A stretch of DNA of 64,000 bases, from NCBI GenBank assembly GCA_051294905.1, contig CM119376.1, forward strand, positions 8,494,001 through 8,558,000, in the 5' to 3' direction. Every line of letters begins with the position of its first letter. Position 1 is the stretch's first letter. Both the position numbers and the translations under genes were made by a program. The notes beneath the pieces were generated by a model. It saw nothing but the letters and a program-made list of their open reading frames with translations, searched no databases and was not told the origin of the DNA. Of the stretch, positions 25,790 to 38,317 are shown in pieces. This stretch comes from Botryllus schlosseri. Taxonomy: Eukaryota.

Positions 25790-26190
25790 CGGCTTGCATG
25801 TTCCGCGGTCCGCCGTTTAAATTTGAGCTATTTTGTTATGGTCGGTTCGCAGTTCCGCTTCGTCCGCCGTTTACTATTGGAAGTTCCGCTAGTTTCGCAG
25901 TTCGATCGTTCCGCTGTTTAAAGTTCCCCTTATATCTTTTGTTATATCACAATCTTGAGGGAAACTCTAAACAGCGGACCGCGGAACATGTAATACTAAA
26001 CGGCGGACCGAGCGGAACTGCGGACCGAGCGCACCAAGACAAAATAGCTCAGATCTAAACAGCCGAACGAGCGGACAGCGGAACAGGCAGAGCTTGCAAC
26101 ACTAAACGATGGATCGAGCGGAACTGCTGGTCGAGCGGACTACTACAAAGACCACAACGGAAACGGCGGACCGTGGATCATGCGCAATTC
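25790..26190. mobile_element. Foldback/MITE-like element with GGTCCGCCGTTT repeats
   Basis: CCGCGGTCCGCCGTTTAAATTTGAGCTATTTT is inverted as AAAATAGCTCAGATCTAAAC (26042) and AAACGGCGGACCG (25998, 26161). Confidence 0.6.
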
Positions 26191-26531
26191 GAAAATGTCG
26201 CAATACTCCTGGTCTCTTCATTTTAGACAATAAAGAGCATACCGAACATAAGGACATCTTAACTATAGGGTAACTATAGGGTGTGATCGAGTGTGGCGAC
26301 GCAGTACCAACATACTCCTAACACACCCCAGACATAACGTCCGAGTGGCAACGGAGTATAGACACGCTCCAAACGTACCCAAGACCTGATGTCCGGACTG
26401 CAATGCAGTACGAACAAACTCCATACATACCCTAGAATGATGTCCAGATTTTATTGCAGTACGAACGCACTCTAAACATACCCCAGACATTATGACCGCG
26501 TTGCAATGCAGTACGAACACACTCCAAACAT

Positions 26532-26972
26532 TAGGCTTACCATATTTTGGAAATGTAAAAAGAGGACACTTTTTCAGAAATTTCAGACATGCAAAACTGG
26601 AGAAGAATTCTCAAAAACCGGTAAATTTTTCCCACTTCGTGATCGGTTGACTAAAAAAAAAAGGTCATCACTTTCGCTCACAGCTCAAAATAACGTTTTT
26701 CTCTCCACAGTGCCAGGTGGATGACTAAAAAAAAGGTCTTCTTTTCGCTCGGAGCTAAAATCACCGCTTTTCCCTCCGAAATACCCGCCGGAGCGTCACT
26801 TCTCGGCTAATTTGCGGCATATCGCTCGCAATTTGATCTAAATCTGACCTAAATTTTCAAAAAAGAGGACAAAATCTCAAAAAAGAGGGCAAAAGGGCGT
26901 CCTCCGAGGACACTTTCAAAAAAGTCAAAAAAGAGGACAAATCCTCTTAAAAGAGGACGTATGGTAAGCCTA
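26532..26972. mobile_element. hAT MITE (TAGG-ended, AAAAGAGGAC repeats)
   Basis: TIR TAGGCTTACCATA, exact TSD CCAAACAT. Relatives at 46277-46678 and fragments at ~14650-14760, 19095-19200 and 62110-62290. Confidence 0.92.
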
Positions 26973-27150
26973 CCAAACATACGCCATAGATAATGTCCCA
27001 GTGGCAACGGAGTATAGACACGCTCCAAACATACCCCAGACATGATGTCCGGATTGCAATGCAGTACGAACACACTCCAAACATGCCGCAGGCATGATGC
27101 AAGGGTGGTAACGGAGTATAGACACACTGCAAAATACCCCAGACATGATG

Positions 27151-27436
27151 GGGAAGCGAGTGGCGCAGTTGGTTAAACACTGCAGTCACGACAACGATGG
27201 TTGATGGATCGAGTCTCGGCTCTGCCATGTTTCTATGTGTCGGAGGTTTATCTGGGCTCATCATCGCCGAACCCGCTGTAACACAGCGCATTGAAAAAGC
27301 TCAGATAAAGAGAGAGCCGAAAAAAGACTCAAGTTCAAGAAGACATGCCATTATGAAATTTATGAAATTTACTGTGTGGGCGCAAATAACCACGATGTTG
27401 CAAGCGCCAATTATATGCGTTAATAAAACAACAACA
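27151..27436 (+). mobile_element. tRNA-derived SINE with 15-bp TSD
   Basis: A-box GTGGCGCAGTTGGTTA, degenerate B-box GATCGAGTC, AATAAA+(AAC)n tail, TSD ACCCCAGACATGATG (27136-27150 / 27437-27451). Confidence 0.88.
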
Positions 27437-27904
27437 ACCCCAGACATGATGTCCAGGTTGCAACGAAGTATACGAGCACTCTCCAAACATACCCCAGACA
27501 GTCCGAGTGGTGACGGAGTACGAACACACTCCAAACACAGCCCAGGCATGCTCTCCGAGTAACAACGAAGTACGAACACTCTCCAAACATACCACAGCAG
27601 ACATGATGGCCGAGTGGCAACAGAGTATAGACTTAATTTTCAAACGGGCACATTAGACGAAGTATTTTGGATCTGTATCTGTTAGAACTACTCCAAGTCG
27701 GTTAGACACCTTGCTATCTTTTCATTGTAGCGCAGTGTTGTGGTCTTTTAAAATGATGAAATTGTTAATAAAACTGATACTGTATTCTGGTGTCAACTGA
27801 TTAAAATGTCATGACAATTAAAAGTTTAGTACATAGATATACAATACATACATAGTGCAAAACGACAAGCAATAGAGCAAAGTTGTTCCGCCGTTTAGAG
27901 TTGT

Positions 27905-28250
27905 CCCAATGTTGTTGTTTGTTTGTTTGTTTTATTTACACACGCACAGTGGCGCTTATCGCCTATTATCATTTGCAACACGACATTGATTTCAGTAATT
28001 TCAGTCCTTTGTCTTTGTAATGTTGCGGACGACTTCCATGCTCGCTCTCTTTCATCATCGGTCTCGCTCGTTTTTCCTGCGCCCATATCTTTCACCTTCA
28101 CTCTGGGCTTTGGAAACACTGCTACGGCAGTGAGGTCAGCGATGAGGCACCCTGAGAAACCCAATCTTGTGGTGTTTCGAATTCAAGAAAACATTACCAA
28201 ACAGAGTTGAAATTAATGTGCTTTAAATTTCTCCTTAAATCCGACTGAAC
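27905..28250 (-). mobile_element. Diverged SINE related to 27151-27436
   Basis: Minus strand ends AATAAAACAAACAAACAAACAACAAC. Body shares CATCGC.GA.C and TGTTGCAA...AGCGCCA blocks with the neighbouring SINE. Confidence 0.55.
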
Positions 28251-28284
28251 ACGGCACAAGAATATAAATGATACGGACATACGG

Positions 28285-29378
28285 TAGGGTTACCATATTT
28301 CTGCGACCCAAATTCCGGACACTCTTCAGCGCCCACCATTGGATTTTAAAATGAGTTATGACGCCACACTAGCAAAGCTTTGCACATAGACCAGAGGTGG
28401 TCACGATCCGGTTCAGGAGTAACCGGGACCGAAAGCACATGTTTTCAGCCCTTCCCCGCTCAAATAAACAATGACTTTAAGCCCACGCTATGGGGTAATC
28501 GATGCAACTTCTAGGGGGTGCTTGCTATATGAATCTGGTTTCTATATGCATCTGGTCGTTAAATTTTTTGAATGAATTCTGTCAATAATATTGGATGTTC
28601 CATATATTACTATATAGATACTACTCTCCGCCCACATGATCAGAGTTAGCGGTAGAGCTGGTGGAGGATCATGACTTGAGACATTGACTTGCGTCATTGT
28701 ACATCGAAGTCATGTTCATGTCCTATCGATAAGATTTCTATCGGCCTTATGCCGGTACGCACCATAGAGCTTTATAAACACCCCAGATTCAGTGATTTCC
28801 TTTCCTCTTATGGTCGCGACTTCATCTCCAATTTGAAAATATTCCGTGGCCCAGATCAATATTTTACGATCCGATTACTAAAAGAAGTCAGCACCTTTAC
28901 CCAGACTTACTCACGGGCTATTTTGGAAGCTGATTACGTTCAACATATTCGCATACCCTAGAATAAGGCAAACGACCCCTACGTTTGGAACCACTATATT
29001 TGAATAAAGCATTTTAACGGCTTTAACGATCTCTAGGAATATACCGTCCTCCTATAGTTGCGATTACAATTAGGCTTATTCCAGTAAATGAAGGTTGTTT
29101 TCAATATTTTATTGCAGTTTTTGCGAGGGTGGTAGTCTCCATATTGAAATAAATAAATGTGATGGTAAATCGCGCGCAGCGCGAAGAAAAATATTATGCA
29201 TCAGCAAAAATAGTCTCAAAATTAATGTTTTCATGTTGATTTATGGAGAAAATATAAGCCTACGTCAAGTCTTCAAAATTCCGGACATTTGGCATATTTT
29301 AGAAATTCCTCCCGGACGCTAGATCGAACAGTAAAATTCCGGACATGTCCGGGAAATTCCGGACGTATGGCAACCTTA
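28285..29378. mobile_element. Non-autonomous hAT element (TAGGGTTACCATA TIR, TTCCGGAC repeats)
   Basis: 11/13 TIR match, exact TSD ACATACGG. Confidence 0.9.
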
Positions 29379-29506
29379 ACATACGGTAGTCTGCGAAATG
29401 CTGTCCCACTGGCGCCGGATTAGCTTGATAGACTGATTGCGTTTTACTGAATACTCAGACATGTCTTAAATATGATGCATTCCCATATTCTTCGAACCAG
29501 TCGTTA

Positions 29507-29625
29507 TATTGTTGTTGTGTATGAAGACAAACGGAAGTCTACCGATGTGACGTACGCCTCAAATGCCACGAAGTCCGCCTCCACACTGGGCTATCGTCAT
29601 CGAAGGCACAACTCGATCAACAGTA
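29507..29625 (-). mobile_element. SINE 3' fragment
   Basis: Reverse-complement homologue of 20020-20140 with a (TTG)n tail on the plus strand. Confidence 0.6.
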
Positions 29626-30640
29626 TCATTGCATCACCATCATCATCAACGTAAACATGGAATTAACAGTCAGCGTACGTCACAGGGACAACTAGCAAAA
29701 GGAAGGAGCGCATTAGTAGCCTATATATCTCTAATAAATAGTATTAAATAGTATTTACGGCGAGTCTCATTTTAGTTGGACAGTAAATTCGGACGGAGGT
29801 GAGCTGCGATACCATTTCCGGAACATGCAAAATACTATTGAATTACCCAAATATCAATTATGCATTTAGGTAGCATTGGCGCTGAGATGTCGCCAGAAAG
29901 TCTAAACATTTGCCAATGTGCGCGCCATTGAATGGTTTTTATTTCGTCATCGGCCCGGCAACTGTCGTGTCAACTCTCACTCGTACAAGATCGGATTCCA
30001 CACCATACCATGACCTGATTGTGGGGATACGCAGGACCGTAACTGACGTCCCCAAACGCCTCAATTGGGGGGGGGAGGGCGTGAGCGAGCTCGAAGGGGC
30101 CCAAAATTATTTTTTGAGAATTTATGCAACTTTTTAAAAAGATTTCGCGCTGTGCGCGATATAATGCTGTCAAATATCTTGATTATGGGGTACACTTCAC
30201 CAAGAAAAAATGCGCATGCTTTATAGAAATGGGCATTTCGGCCTCGGCCATTACCGCGCCACGACGTACCAAGACATATGAAGTTTTAGGCCATATAGCA
30301 TGCGACTTATACGTACCAAATGACCCATACAATACCAATCATTTTGACGAGTTTAAATATTTTATTGTAGCAAAAACACTCAACGCAATTGAATCACTGC
30401 GCATTTCATAGACACCGTTAGTAAACGTTTACAACTATTATTTGTGATATTTAGCATTGATACAGATGCACGAGCAATTGATGCTCGAATCGCACAGCTC
30501 TGCACTGAGTTTGCTGATAGCAAATTGTTGTGCATTTGCATTGAATGGAATCATTATCGTACCGTTTTACAAATAGTTTTCCATTCTGTTATCTAATCAC
30601 GATGTTATTCAATAAAACCAAACGATCCTGGGGTCCTGTG

Positions 30641-30770
30641 CAGGGCTTTGGAGCTGGCACAAATTTTAAATTGCTCCAGCTCCGGCTCCGGAGCTCTCTT
30701 CTATGAGGAATTAGCTTCGGAGCTCATTGATAGCGCTGCTCTGGCTCCAGCTCCGGCTCTGGTCCGTGAA
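30641..30770 (+). mobile_element. Truncated hAT-like MITE end (GGCTCC repeats)
   Basis: CAGGGCTTTGGAGC start followed by GCTCCGGCTCC repeats; no second TIR found. Confidence 0.45.
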
Positions 30771-31839
30771 CTATCGAACGGTCTGGTCATGTAGTGAATA
30801 ACTACTGTATCAGGTACTCCGAGAAGTGTTAAAGAACGATCGGCATTGAGAAGACCTTGGCCGAAAAGGACTGTCCTTATGCTGACCGAAAACTTCGATA
30901 TATTGCCTACACATATGTTTATGTTTAATTGTCAACAGGCGATAAATGTCTGGCGCCGAATGCTCCTGTCCTGGCAATCTGATCCCCACAAGATAATTGC
31001 CATCACTCAGGGAAAAAGTATTTGCCAGTGCAGGAATACCAATTTGAAATCGTGTGCGTCTTTTAGTGCGTTTCGCCGATTTCAATATCTTTTAGACATA
31101 ACAGATAGGAGGTCACGAAATAACGAAGTCACTAAACCAACGGGTCCGCCCGATGTTGTTTTATTCTTATTTACGGCCTCTACATTTTCCAAGACACCTC
31201 AGCTCTACAGGTAAATCTGATTACGTGAGCAGAGACAAGGTAAAAAGAAAATTGCAATATGTATGCAACTCCCGATTGACCGATTCAAAGTTGTCTTATC
31301 TGAAGGGGAACGGCCGAAGTCACATTGATATACAGCGAATATTCATTTTAATCTTTTTTTATAATCACGTTTTACTGCTTTTGTTATTGATGCGCCTTTA
31401 TCACCTTTACTTACCAAGAGCAGCAGTTGCACGCATAAACAAATTATTCTGAAAATACTCTTAAGAAATATAAAAACGCCAAAAGCGCGACTTTGGCAAT
31501 TAATTTCCATAGGCTAACACACATGATTGCGAGTGTTTCCGTTATGAAAATGAAGTGTGAGCTCGTTCGTTTACCGCGATAAGCTTTATCATGATATTCG
31601 ATGAATTTCGTAAAATATAATTCATATATACCATGTATTAATAAGACAGTATACTCAGGCATATTTGGCATTCTTTTTGGAGTGCCTAACTAAAGTGAAT
31701 GTACAGAATCTGACATCCATGTACGGCGAATGATAACTATTGTGCAACGTGGGGGGCTTAAACGTGATGACGGATGCAGGTGGGTATAATCACGAGCTTT
31801 TCGAGAGTTGTCGCCAGGGAGCATCACCCCTCCTAAATT

Positions 31840-33225
31840 TATGGAGAACCATGTCTATAGGGTTGCATTTAAAACAAGCATGTTTAAAACACGGCCCTAT
31901 AGTTTAAAACATGTTTTGTTAATGTTTTTATTTACTATTTTTTTCACCATGATATCTCGCAAATCCGATTTTGAAGTCACTATGGATTGACATTGTTCTA
32001 TGGATTCGTATTAATTGCAATTAAAAATATAGGGTCAACATGGCTCCTTTGGCGAGAAATGTTCCCGACCCATCTTTTAAACGGAGCAAAAATATATTTG
32101 ACGAGGACTACATCGTCATGCAGCATTCTTGCAGTCAGCATCCATTTTGTTCGAGCGATATGTGTTGAGCCGACGACGATGTGGAAATTTTAACCATTCC
32201 ATATCGTATGCGTCGACTACATGTTTATCTAGTGCAGGGGTGTCAAACTCAACTTGACTCGCGGGCCGGACTCAAACCTTCAAGTCCTTACGGGCCGCAC
32301 CAGTCAAATTATCCAAAATGTTACCTTGAAATCCATGGCCTTGTTTTTCACTTGATGACTTTCGAGCAATATATTTTATTGCAGATTAATGTGGGTACTA
32401 TTCTAGCAACACCGTTATTCGATGACAACGGGATTGACAAAATCACGGTGATTGGCCGGTTGAATACAGCTATAAACCGCTAAAGAATGCCGTTATGGCA
32501 ATGCAAGTTGGCATATCCCCATACTTCCTATGTTTCAGTCGTAATCTGGCAATAGCCCTGTTTATGCGTTGTGAAGAATACGGGACGTTAACCGAATTTG
32601 GTTCATTAAATCGTCATACGGGTTTTAAGGCGGTCGGGGAATTTTTGAGTCAGAAGTGACCCAGCATTGCGATCACGAATTATTTAATTTTATTTTTTTG
32701 GAACTAATCGCCCTGTAACCTGCAACGGTTTGCCACTGTAGGCTCCGCTTTGGCAATGACTAATTTTTGGTAATTTTCGGTAAAACTCTGAATAAAGTGT
32801 GCAATTTTTGCCTTCTTGTCAATGTCCCCTAAAGGTGATTAAAGTGAAACTACAACACCACTGTCGGGTGGATATAATATGACCTATAACATGCTCGACA
32901 TTTACAGTCTGGAGGGAGTATTTAATGGAAGTATACTTGCCCGTATATCACAATAAAAACATTGCAAGTATTTTTCAATCTACTCAGAATTGCTTCGCGG
33001 GCCGGATAAAATGGTCTGGCGGATGCGACCCGAGGGTAGTATATTTGACACCCCTGATCTAGTGCAAGTCGGCCGAATGTTCATATTACATGTTATTTCC
33101 GAAGTATTTACACAATTAAAGACATCATTTTTTTTGAAATGGCATTTGTTTAAAACAATGTTTAATACATAATTTAGACAACGTGTTTTAGAACACCTCT
33201 TGTTTGAAATCCAACGCTAATTATT
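31840..33225. mobile_element. Old inverted-arm element hosting a hAT MITE
   Basis: 31845-31930 is roughly the reverse complement of 33130-33220. A related half-copy lies at ~48280-48480. Confidence 0.45.
32235..33056. mobile_element. hAT-Charlie-type MITE
   Basis: TIR CAGGGGTGTCAAA, subterminal GCGGGCCG motifs, exact TSD ATCTAGTG. Confidence 0.92.
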
Positions 33226-33325
33226 TCGCAGATCAGAAATTAAAAAATAACCGGACCTCTGGTATATAGATCATTGCCACTCCAAACCTAATGAAATCGT
33301 TGCCACTTGCTAGACACCGCGAGCT

Positions 33326-33600
33326 GGGGGAGGGGGGGGGGCGAGATAGCGTAGTGCTATATTCCACAGCTACAACACCATGGGTTGTGGGTTCGAGTCC
33401 GACCGAGGTCTACTCCAGAATTCCTACCTAAGTGTTGGAGGTTAAACGCGGTCATCTCATCCGCGTAAGCGGTGTCTAACAAAATGCCTAGAAGTGGCCC
33501 GCGCTAAGAGTCAGCAGTTACGGAATCAAAACAAGGAATATCGGCCTGGTTGAAATGGCCATTGTAGTCGACAAACACAATGAATATACCATAAACAACA
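33326..33600 (+). mobile_element. tRNA-derived SINE
   Basis: A-box GGCGAGATAGCGTAGTG, B-box GGTTCGAGTCC, (AAC)n tail, near-TSD ACAC(C/A)GCGAGCT. Homologues at 51705 and 52420. Confidence 0.88.
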
Positions 33601-34565
33601 ACACAGCGAGCTCATTGCGCGAGGCACTTGCTATTCGAATTAAAACTTCTGTGGGGGTTTGTACCATTATATGACGTAATCGATGTATGGGAATGTGGCG
33701 CACATATGGCGTCAAATTGACTAAGTGCTAACTTGCGTACCGATGGGGAAATCACCTTTAATGCCCACTCCTTGGCAAGGCCAGGTGTATCTCTAACTCG
33801 CCGTAAGTATACAGCCTACTTGCTATTATGCGCTTTGATGTCGGTCTGCATCTCGAACGACTTCTTTCCGTAATGAAATCAATGTCTGTAAATTGCTGCG
33901 CGTGAAGATTCATATTGGATGCGAACATTCGAGCTACATAAACTTCCCTGCACCCATAAACCTGTTTTGCAATTCGATCCTATTGTGACACTCGATATTC
34001 ATACCATCTGTATCATTACACGTGTTCGCATGCCTGTTTCTGCCGATGACGCGTTTCGGAGCTTACCATTTAAAAAGCACTGTCACCCTTGACCGGCAAG
34101 CGTTGTTCTTTTGCAAACACTTCATCAAATCAAGGCGCGACGGTGGCTTGCTCACGATAATGCGACATTGTTCGTGATATTTCACCAGCCTAGTATATTA
34201 CTATCGTGGGCAGTAAGGAGTACATAAAGGATTGTTTGACGTATACGTGCTTGAAAAACAACATTCAGTGGTTATTTTATAGTTCGCATGAAATGCAAAG
34301 AATACTGACTGTATGGCATCAAAAAAGAATCAAACGTGGTCGTTTCGAAAATAGTACAATGCTCCAGAATTTTGATTCGCTTCTCATGACAAATTTCGCA
34401 TAGACAACGTGGCGAAAATGTGAATTTCTAATTGGATTCGAATGGTATATGGGTGCAGCATTTTTGCTAGTGAAGTGTCTTGCGGTATTTTTCTCATACG
34501 GAATTTTCAGGCAAGGTATTAGTATATCGTGGATTGTTTGGCGAAGGCCTGCTATAGCGATTAGG

Positions 34566-37210
34566 TCATCTTCTCCTGCAGTATGACTGCAAGTCGGCAA
34601 TCGAGCATTGTCCATAACAGCACCGGGAGTTGATGGTCTGCCCAACGAAGTTTCGTCTTGTTTGATGTCGCCGGGATCTCGCCAAACTTCTGCAACAAAA
34701 TTAGGCATTCGATTTTAACGTATTATACAAACTCACAAACGCAACGACACAATCTAACACTAAACCAGAGGTCTCAAACACGGCCGTGAAGTTTTTACGT
34801 GCTGCCCACGACAATATTCTATCAAACTTCCCGAGCTAATTTCTTCCCTGTTGGTGGCGCGATTTTTTCTTATTATTCAAATCTTATGCTTGATCTAAAT
34901 AGTTTATTACTTTCCAATACCCCGAGCGTAACCAACATTAATTTGACCATCTCTTATATCTGGTTTCAAGAGTTTCATCTTTCCATGTGACATTATATTC
35001 TCCAGGATAAACCTATATATGCATATTGTAGAACTTGTGTAGGATATGTTGCGTCTTTTCAACAGCCTTTGTTGCGAAAAGCACCACTGAATGATTTTAT
35101 ATATAATAGCAATAGGATCTGCATGCGGCGTATGTAGTGTTTGCAGTAAACAACGGCCGTACAATGTGCACAGGTACAGTGATCATTATGATCCAGAATC
35201 GCAAACTAGTGACGAGAGTAATCATCCACGAAACAATACCAAATTTAATCGCAAAACAGACGCGAACCGAGAAGAAAGTTTTTTTGCGAGCTCGAACCTC
35301 CGAATTACTACGGCTAGCATACCGAAAACAAACTTGTACCCTGAGTTCGCACAATCCTTACGTTACACACATTTTAGGAATTCGAAAGTCACTATTAGGT
35401 AGTCGTAATTAAATTACCACTGTCAGCTGTGCCATTGCCATATAAATGCACAGGCATAGTTGGACTGTTGATGACGTTTTCAATCAATGCTTTAAAGTCT
35501 GCTCCGTCACGAGAACAAATGGCCGTCTGTGGCAATCGAGAGTATTACGTCACAAGGTCCTGTTGACTTGGCCCTCATTTCCTTTTGCCTCGCGACTGAG
35601 TCAATCTCCTTAGTCCTTATTCTCCGGCAAGCTGTTTGTATGTTACGTGGGTGCACTGCTGATTACGAGTTTGTTGGACAGCTGTATTGTTTGTTATGAT
35701 TTTGCGTAGTGATTTGACCTGATTGCTCCGTTTCGACCGAACGGGTCCTGAGTAGCATTTTATTTATATTTTCACAACAAACTGATTGAATTACCGCCAT
35801 CTCGTCGATATTTCGTGTCCACAGATTCAAAACAAAAGCTTATGTCATCACGAGAATGTTGTTTTTGGAATGTTGCTCAAAATTACATCATGATGTAAAT
35901 CTACATCGGAGATGATAGATGCAGTAATACTGATGTTAACATACATTCGAGGGTTGAATTTTATGACATGTCTATGCATTTATCCATCACATTACTTCAG
36001 TGACTCATATACATAGTAAGTCGCTAAGAAACTTACCGATTCGAACGCTTCACGCGATTGATGAATTCCATTTCTTCTTCGGATAAAATGTCTTCTGATC
36101 TCTCTGAAAAAAAGTGAAAAAACTGTGTTTAAATATTAGAATAACGTTAAAATATTTATAGATATAATATGGATATTTTGAAAGTGAGGTTCATCCCCTC
36201 TTCACATATACTGCAAATAAATAACGTGCGAAGTATGATAATTTGTTGTCAAATATTATCATATTTCCAAGAATATGCTCCAATGAAGGACGTTACTCAA
36301 AAATTTTAGTTGGCTGAATTCTATTCGTTTTTATGCGCCAAGCTACATCAGTATACTGGGTGATGTTTACTTGAGCCTTTTATTTGAATTATTTCTTCGC
36401 AGCTATGAGCTGCCAGTCGGTGACACTGACATCCGTAATCGGTCTTACTCGTTAATTAAATCCATTCCGCATACACTCAAGATTAGTCAAATCAAAACCA
36501 ATATAAATCTCGTACGCAAATGTAAATATAATTGAAAGCCATTATTATCTCGTGAGACACATCTGCGCTCGGAGAAATAGCGAGTTCTGCAGCTGATATT
36601 TGAGATCATCGCACAGACTTATTGCTGCAAGAAAACTATTTTCCTAAATACCCGCTAGAGTTCAGTTTCTCAAATATATCACGTCATAAACGAAGGGAGA
36701 CATTTGTGAGGATGAAATAGAATTTACACGAAATCCGATGATATTCATACCTAATGTGGTAAAAATAATTGTTGCTGTGCGTAGGCTTGTGACGAAAATA
36801 TTATGGGACTTCATTTGCCTCCATTGACCTATGCAGGGGGTCAAGCGTTTGCAGTTTCATACTTGAAGCACGTACAAACTATCGCAGATCCTCAAAGCAA
36901 GATTGCAAAAGGAATGATATCGCAGCTTACTTGTACGTCTAAAACCACAGTTGATTCTGCATATGGCCAGGGTGTTTCTATTTCTCGTCGTTCTGCATAG
37001 AACCCTGGAGGCAATGTAACATTTTTTCTGTTCCGCGATACCATTCCGACAATACGAGTTCAGCTCGTCGACTAATAGCGAGCCACACGCTTGTATATTG
37101 CCCCTCCGCCTATACGGGCGCCTCCTTACGGCATTGCTCGCCGCGAATGCCGCCACAATGATGACTAAACAGATCGTGGACGTAATACTCATCTTCACAA
37201 GTCGGGCCAT
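34566..37210 (-). CDS. Insulin-like preprohormone (156 aa) with an extra four-cysteine module on the B chain
   Basis: Exons 37210-36931 (phase 1), 36103-36037 (phase 2), 34689-34566, all with strong GT-AG sites. Protein: signal MARLVKMSITSTICLVIIVAAFAAS; B chain ACGSLLVDELNSYC; insert KCYIASRVLCRTTRNRNTLAICRINCGF; TKR / acidic C-peptide SEDILSEEEMEFIN / RVKR; A chain TINSRCCYGQCSIADLQSYCRRR-stop. An acceptor directly precedes the ATG (cag|aATG), as in insulin genes with a 5'UTR intron. Confidence 0.93.
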
Positions 37211-37701
37211 TCTGATGTGGTGATTTCAACGAGCGAGCCTGGTATATATATACTTGTCGGCATTTTGAGAAAAAATAACAGTATGTACTAAAAGACCGCA
37301 GGCCGCAAATCTGTTTTTTTCATGGACCAGGAATGTCCACTCCTTGCAACAGACGCACGATCCCACGTAGCCGTAACTGTTTATCCTGAGCTGTTCATTC
37401 AGTCCCATTCCTATCATTTGTAAACGACAATAAAAATAAGTTGAATTTAGAACAAGGGTGAATCCCCTTTACGACATCAACATATCATATTCCACTATTT
37501 ATAGACCCTCTACCATGTCTACATGTAGTGATAGTATTCATGACACGACACAATTAAATGCCTCCTATGCTCTCTTGGCCTCTAAGATAAAGTGGCAGAT
37601 TAATCAATTGCTCGAATACAATGTATGTTGCTTCGTCTGCTTATAAAATCTATAGATCCGATGTAAGGACTGGAAATGTGCGTTGGTGAAGATCTAAATA
37701 C

Positions 37702-37893
37702 CTTGCTCGAATTTTGAAAAACATAATCTTTGATGTCACCGAATGATTGTGATGCTGCTAGGATTGACTTGAAGGTGCGTCAGATATATTGAATTGTTTG
37801 CGTGAATACACAATGTAAACTATATACATACATACGCTGGTTGTGTACATGGATGGCAGCAGGTCTGGCGATCTGCATATTTAATTTTATATA
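37702..37893 (-). promoter_or_regulatory. Candidate TATA box and non-coding first exon of the insulin-like gene
   Basis: TATATAAAA on the minus strand at 37893-37885; donor CAAG|GTATTT at 37701; matching acceptor at 37212. Confidence 0.45.
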
Positions 37894-38317
37894 CTCCCAA
37901 CTGTATTCGGACTTTCAGCAGAAAACAGGTTGATCCACACTTTAGGGAGTGCATAATTCACGATTTTGCACGGAGCGCCGGTGGTTTCAACAAAGGAGCT
38001 ATATTTATCCGTGCAGACAGGTCCATGAACTTGGATTAAGGACCACATAATAAGACTCCCTCTTCCATACTAGCATCCGTCTCAAAAACACCCTGTGACG
38101 CGTGTAAACTAAAGGCGGAGAAAATAGAACGCCAGTCTATAAATGGCAAAAATGCCGGTAAAACTATTTCTTGGAAAATTTTTCGGCGAGTCAACATACG
38201 TTTCTGTTATCCCAGATTATTTATGACCCGCGTTATGGCAATGTTACTTTCATTTTGATAACATGCGGCGAGCATGTAGCATAAACAAGTAAACATTGAA
38301 GAGCGAAGAGGCTATAA

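Larger units (their letters stand above)
26290..27630. repeat. Degenerate ~52-bp minisatellite array interrupted by a MITE and a SINE
   Basis: Unit core CAGTACGAACACACTCCAAACATACCCCAGACATGATG recurs at 26405, 26456 and 26508 and on both sides of the insertions; roughly a dozen units. Confidence 0.85.

Noticed and set aside
26263-27643. Many overlapping Cys-rich ORFs
   Set aside because: Translations of the 52-bp minisatellite and the inserted SINE/MITE.
27895-28210. ORFs of 89 and 95 aa with an apparent acceptor
   Set aside because: They lie in a diverged antisense SINE ending in AATAAA+(AAAC)n.
33342-33420. tRNA-like sequences here and at 51712, 27157 and ~18990
   Set aside because: A/B boxes run into SINE bodies with tails and TSDs, or are fragments; no closed acceptor stem.
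34056-34189. Minus-strand AG...GT-bounded open segment (LVKYHEQCRII...LMKCLQKNNACRSR)
   Set aside because: It lies ~380 nt past the insulin-like stop, probably in the 3'UTR (first ATTAAA near 33760); no compatible partner exons or family match.
35445-35560. Plus-strand QCFKVCS...MAVC resembling an A chain inside the insulin intron
   Set aside because: Needs a frameshift, lacks the first cysteine, is antisense, and has no B chain partner.
35666-35746. Possible 81-nt phase-2 cassette exon in the C-peptide intron
   Set aside because: Weak acceptor and donor, and it would add an unpaired cysteine; not supportable without RNA data.
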